Assembly (NCBI GenBank): GCA_001464895.1
Contig: LNEE01000037.1
Location: 59,653-123,652 of the forward strand
Reading direction: 5' to 3'
Length of the DNA stretch: 64,000 nt
Source of the DNA: Betaproteobacteria bacterium Ga0077532
Lineage (GTDB): Bacteria; Pseudomonadota; Gammaproteobacteria; Burkholderiales; Ga0077523
The notes below the pieces were generated by a model. That model saw only the letters and a program-made list of their open reading frames with translations. It had not been told where the DNA came from and made no database searches. The position numbers were made by a program, and so were the translations under genes. Of the stretch, positions 45,601 through 48,600 are shown piece by piece. Position 1 is the first letter of the stretch; each line of letters opens with the position of its first letter.

Positions 45601-48600
45601 ATGTCGCGCGTGTTGTCGTCACCGATGCCACTGACGCTGAAGCCGTATAGCGAGTCGTTCCCCGCGCCACCGATCAACGCGTCGATCCCTGCACCGCCTT
45701 CGAGAATGTCGTCGCCCGCCTGGCCGTAGATCTGGTCGACGCCCGCGCCACCCCGGAGGATGTCGTCACCGACGCCGCCGTAGATGACGTCGTCGCCGGT
45801 GCCACCGTCGATGGTGTCGTTGCCTGCCTCGCCGTCGATCTGGTCCGCACCGCCCTGGCCGAAGATGGTGTCGTCACCGCCGCGGCCGTAAATCACGTCG
45901 GCCGCGTTGTCGTCACCGGCGCCCGAGGCGAGGTGGCCGTAGATGATGTCGTTGCCCTGCCCGCCGAACAGCTGGTCGGCGCCTCCGCCACCCTGCAGCA
46001 CGGCGCCCCCTTCGCCGCCGGCGATCAGCAGGTCGTTGCCGTCGAGCAGGAGATTCGGTGTCTCGAAGTCGCCCCACAGCTCGACGGGCATGTCGACGCT
46101 GTCGTCGATCGAGATCTGGTCGTCACCGGCCCCGCCCCAGCCCTTGATGCGTGTGACGTCGGGGCCGAGTGTGCCGTTCTCCTCGTCGATGTTCGAGAAC
46201 CGGCCGTAGAGCTGCGAGTACCCGAAGGCCTCCACCATCACGGTGCCTTGCCCGATCTGCTTGACCGAGAACGACTCGTTGCCGTCGGAGAGATCGCCAT
46301 GCACGCGATGCACCGCGCGGGGACCCATGTTGAGCGAGAGGACGCCGGTGGTCTCGTCGAGCGTGGCCAGCACGGGTGGCGGTTCATCGCAGTTGGCGTC
46401 GAAGCTGATCAACGTGATGCGCGCGATCTCGAACTCGAAGGTGACCTCGAAGGGCCAGACACCGATCTCGGCGAACACCGACAGGAACAGGCCCATCTCG
46501 CCGCGATAGTCGAACGCGCACAGGAACCCGTTCTGGATGACCTGGAAAAGCTCCTTTCCGCGCAGCTTGCCGTCGTCGTTCGGGTCATTGATGTTCATGA
46601 AGACGTCGGCGAACACACCGCCCTTGGCACCGATCTCCGCCAGGAAGATGTCAGCCTTGGCCCCCGCGTAGATCTGGCTGCGCAGGACCATCTCGTCGAT
46701 GTCCTTGCCCGACGCATCATGGTCGGCGATGAAGAACCCGTTGAAGAGGTCGATCGCGTTGCCGGAGTCGGCGAAGTCGAACATGCCCTGCGTGTCGTAG
46801 CCGAACGTGAACTGCCCTTCCAGCGATGCACCGCCCCCGAAGATCACGTAGATCGGAACCCCGAGCACCACCGCGATGGGCCCGAACTGCATCTCGAAGT
46901 CGAAGCCGAACTCGAACTTCGGCGTCGTGTACGTGAGAAGGTCGACGTTCTGTCCGAGGATCAGCTTGAAGGCCGAGAGCGGATCCTCCAGCAAGGGGAT
47001 CTTGAAGCCGCCGGCGTCGTTCGACTTGATCTCGTCCTTCTTGCTCTTGAAGGCCGACGCGACGCTGTCCAGCTGGGTCGAAATCGGCGTCGAGGGCGTG
47101 CTGGTCTTGCCGTTCAGCACATTCGCATTCTTCAACTGCGCATTCGAAGTCTGATTGCGGAGGTCGATGCCGTTCAGGTTGAAGCTGCCGAATTCGATGA
47201 AGACGCCGTCGCCAGCCGTCGCCGAGATGATGTCCGCGAGGTCGAGGATGTCGCCCACGGCCTCGACGAAATCCGCGGTCGACTGTGGGAGCACACCGAA
47301 ATCGGCCGCGAGATCGAGCAGGGTGTAGTCCCGGCCCGCGAGGTCCGAGATGATCGGCAGCGGCTCGGTCACCGCGTCGATGATCGGCTTCAGCGGGTCG
47401 AAGATGCCCGTGATGTTGTCGACGATGGGCGACAGGAAGTTGCTGAGGAACTCGCCGAAGTTGAGGCGGACGTTGTCGAACGAGACGTTCTGCAGGCTGC
47501 CCGAGAGCCCCGTCGCCGGCGAGAACAGCCACGTGAGGTTGAAGTCCGCCGTCATCGTCGGGAACTGCTCGCTCAGGAAGTCCGCGGCGTTCGGATCGGT
47601 GACGGAGAAGTCGCCCGGCACGCCAAGCGTGAGATCCAGGTTGATGTCCGCGCGCGACGTGAACGACGGATCGATCGCGGAGCTCACGATCTGCCCGAAG
47701 CTCAGCGAGCCGCCGGCCAGTTCGTTGAACGTGAGGCGGTTGCCGCCCCCGACGGGATCCTTCAGGTCGATGGCGAACCCGGCGGTGAAGAGGCTCGGGT
47801 TCTGGCCGTCGGCGTCGTCGGTCTCGTCCTGGATGCGGAGTCGGAGCACACCGAGCGTGCCGCCCATCGCAAAGTCGCCGAGCGTGGCTTCGACCTGCAC
47901 AGCCACTTCGTTCAGGGCCGAGGTGTCGATGTACGCCCCATCGGTGCGGCTCACGCCGACACCGAGGTCGAACGAGAAACCGACCTTCACGTTCACGTTC
48001 GAGTTGTCGGCCACGGCGAGGCCGAGGCCGGGCAGGCCGATGTCGAAGCCGAGCGGCGCCGCCACGGTCAGCTCGCGGCCGAGCTTCAGTCGGAACTTCA
48101 CGTCGTCGAACTTGCCGTCGTTGTTCGAATCGATCGTTTCGAGGATCACGTCATCGAGGTTGATCCCGTTCGCCGCGCGATCGAGGAGCACGTTGAGGCC
48201 GGCCGGACCGAGCGCGTCGAACAGGATCTGGCGCACCTGGTTGGCGGACTGCGTGCCGCCCGACAGCGCGTCGTCGAGCCGCTGCACGATCTCGGTCCGC
48301 AGGGTCTCGATGAACTGCGCGCTGTCCTTGAGGTTGTCCCCGACGAACGGCAGGTTCACACCGAAGACCTGACCGTCGAGGGCGTCCTGGATCGTCGCGA
48401 GGATGAGATCGATGCCGTCGACGAAGCTGTTCATGTTGCTGAACAGATCGATCGAGCCGATCTCGGCCGCGAGGTTCGGCGCGGAGATCGTCGTCGTGCC
48501 CGCCATGTTCGCGAGGTTGCCGATGGTGATCTGCAGATTGTTGTTGCCGATGCCACCCACCGGATTGGTGACGGTGGGGAAGAAGAGCGGCAGCGTCGCG

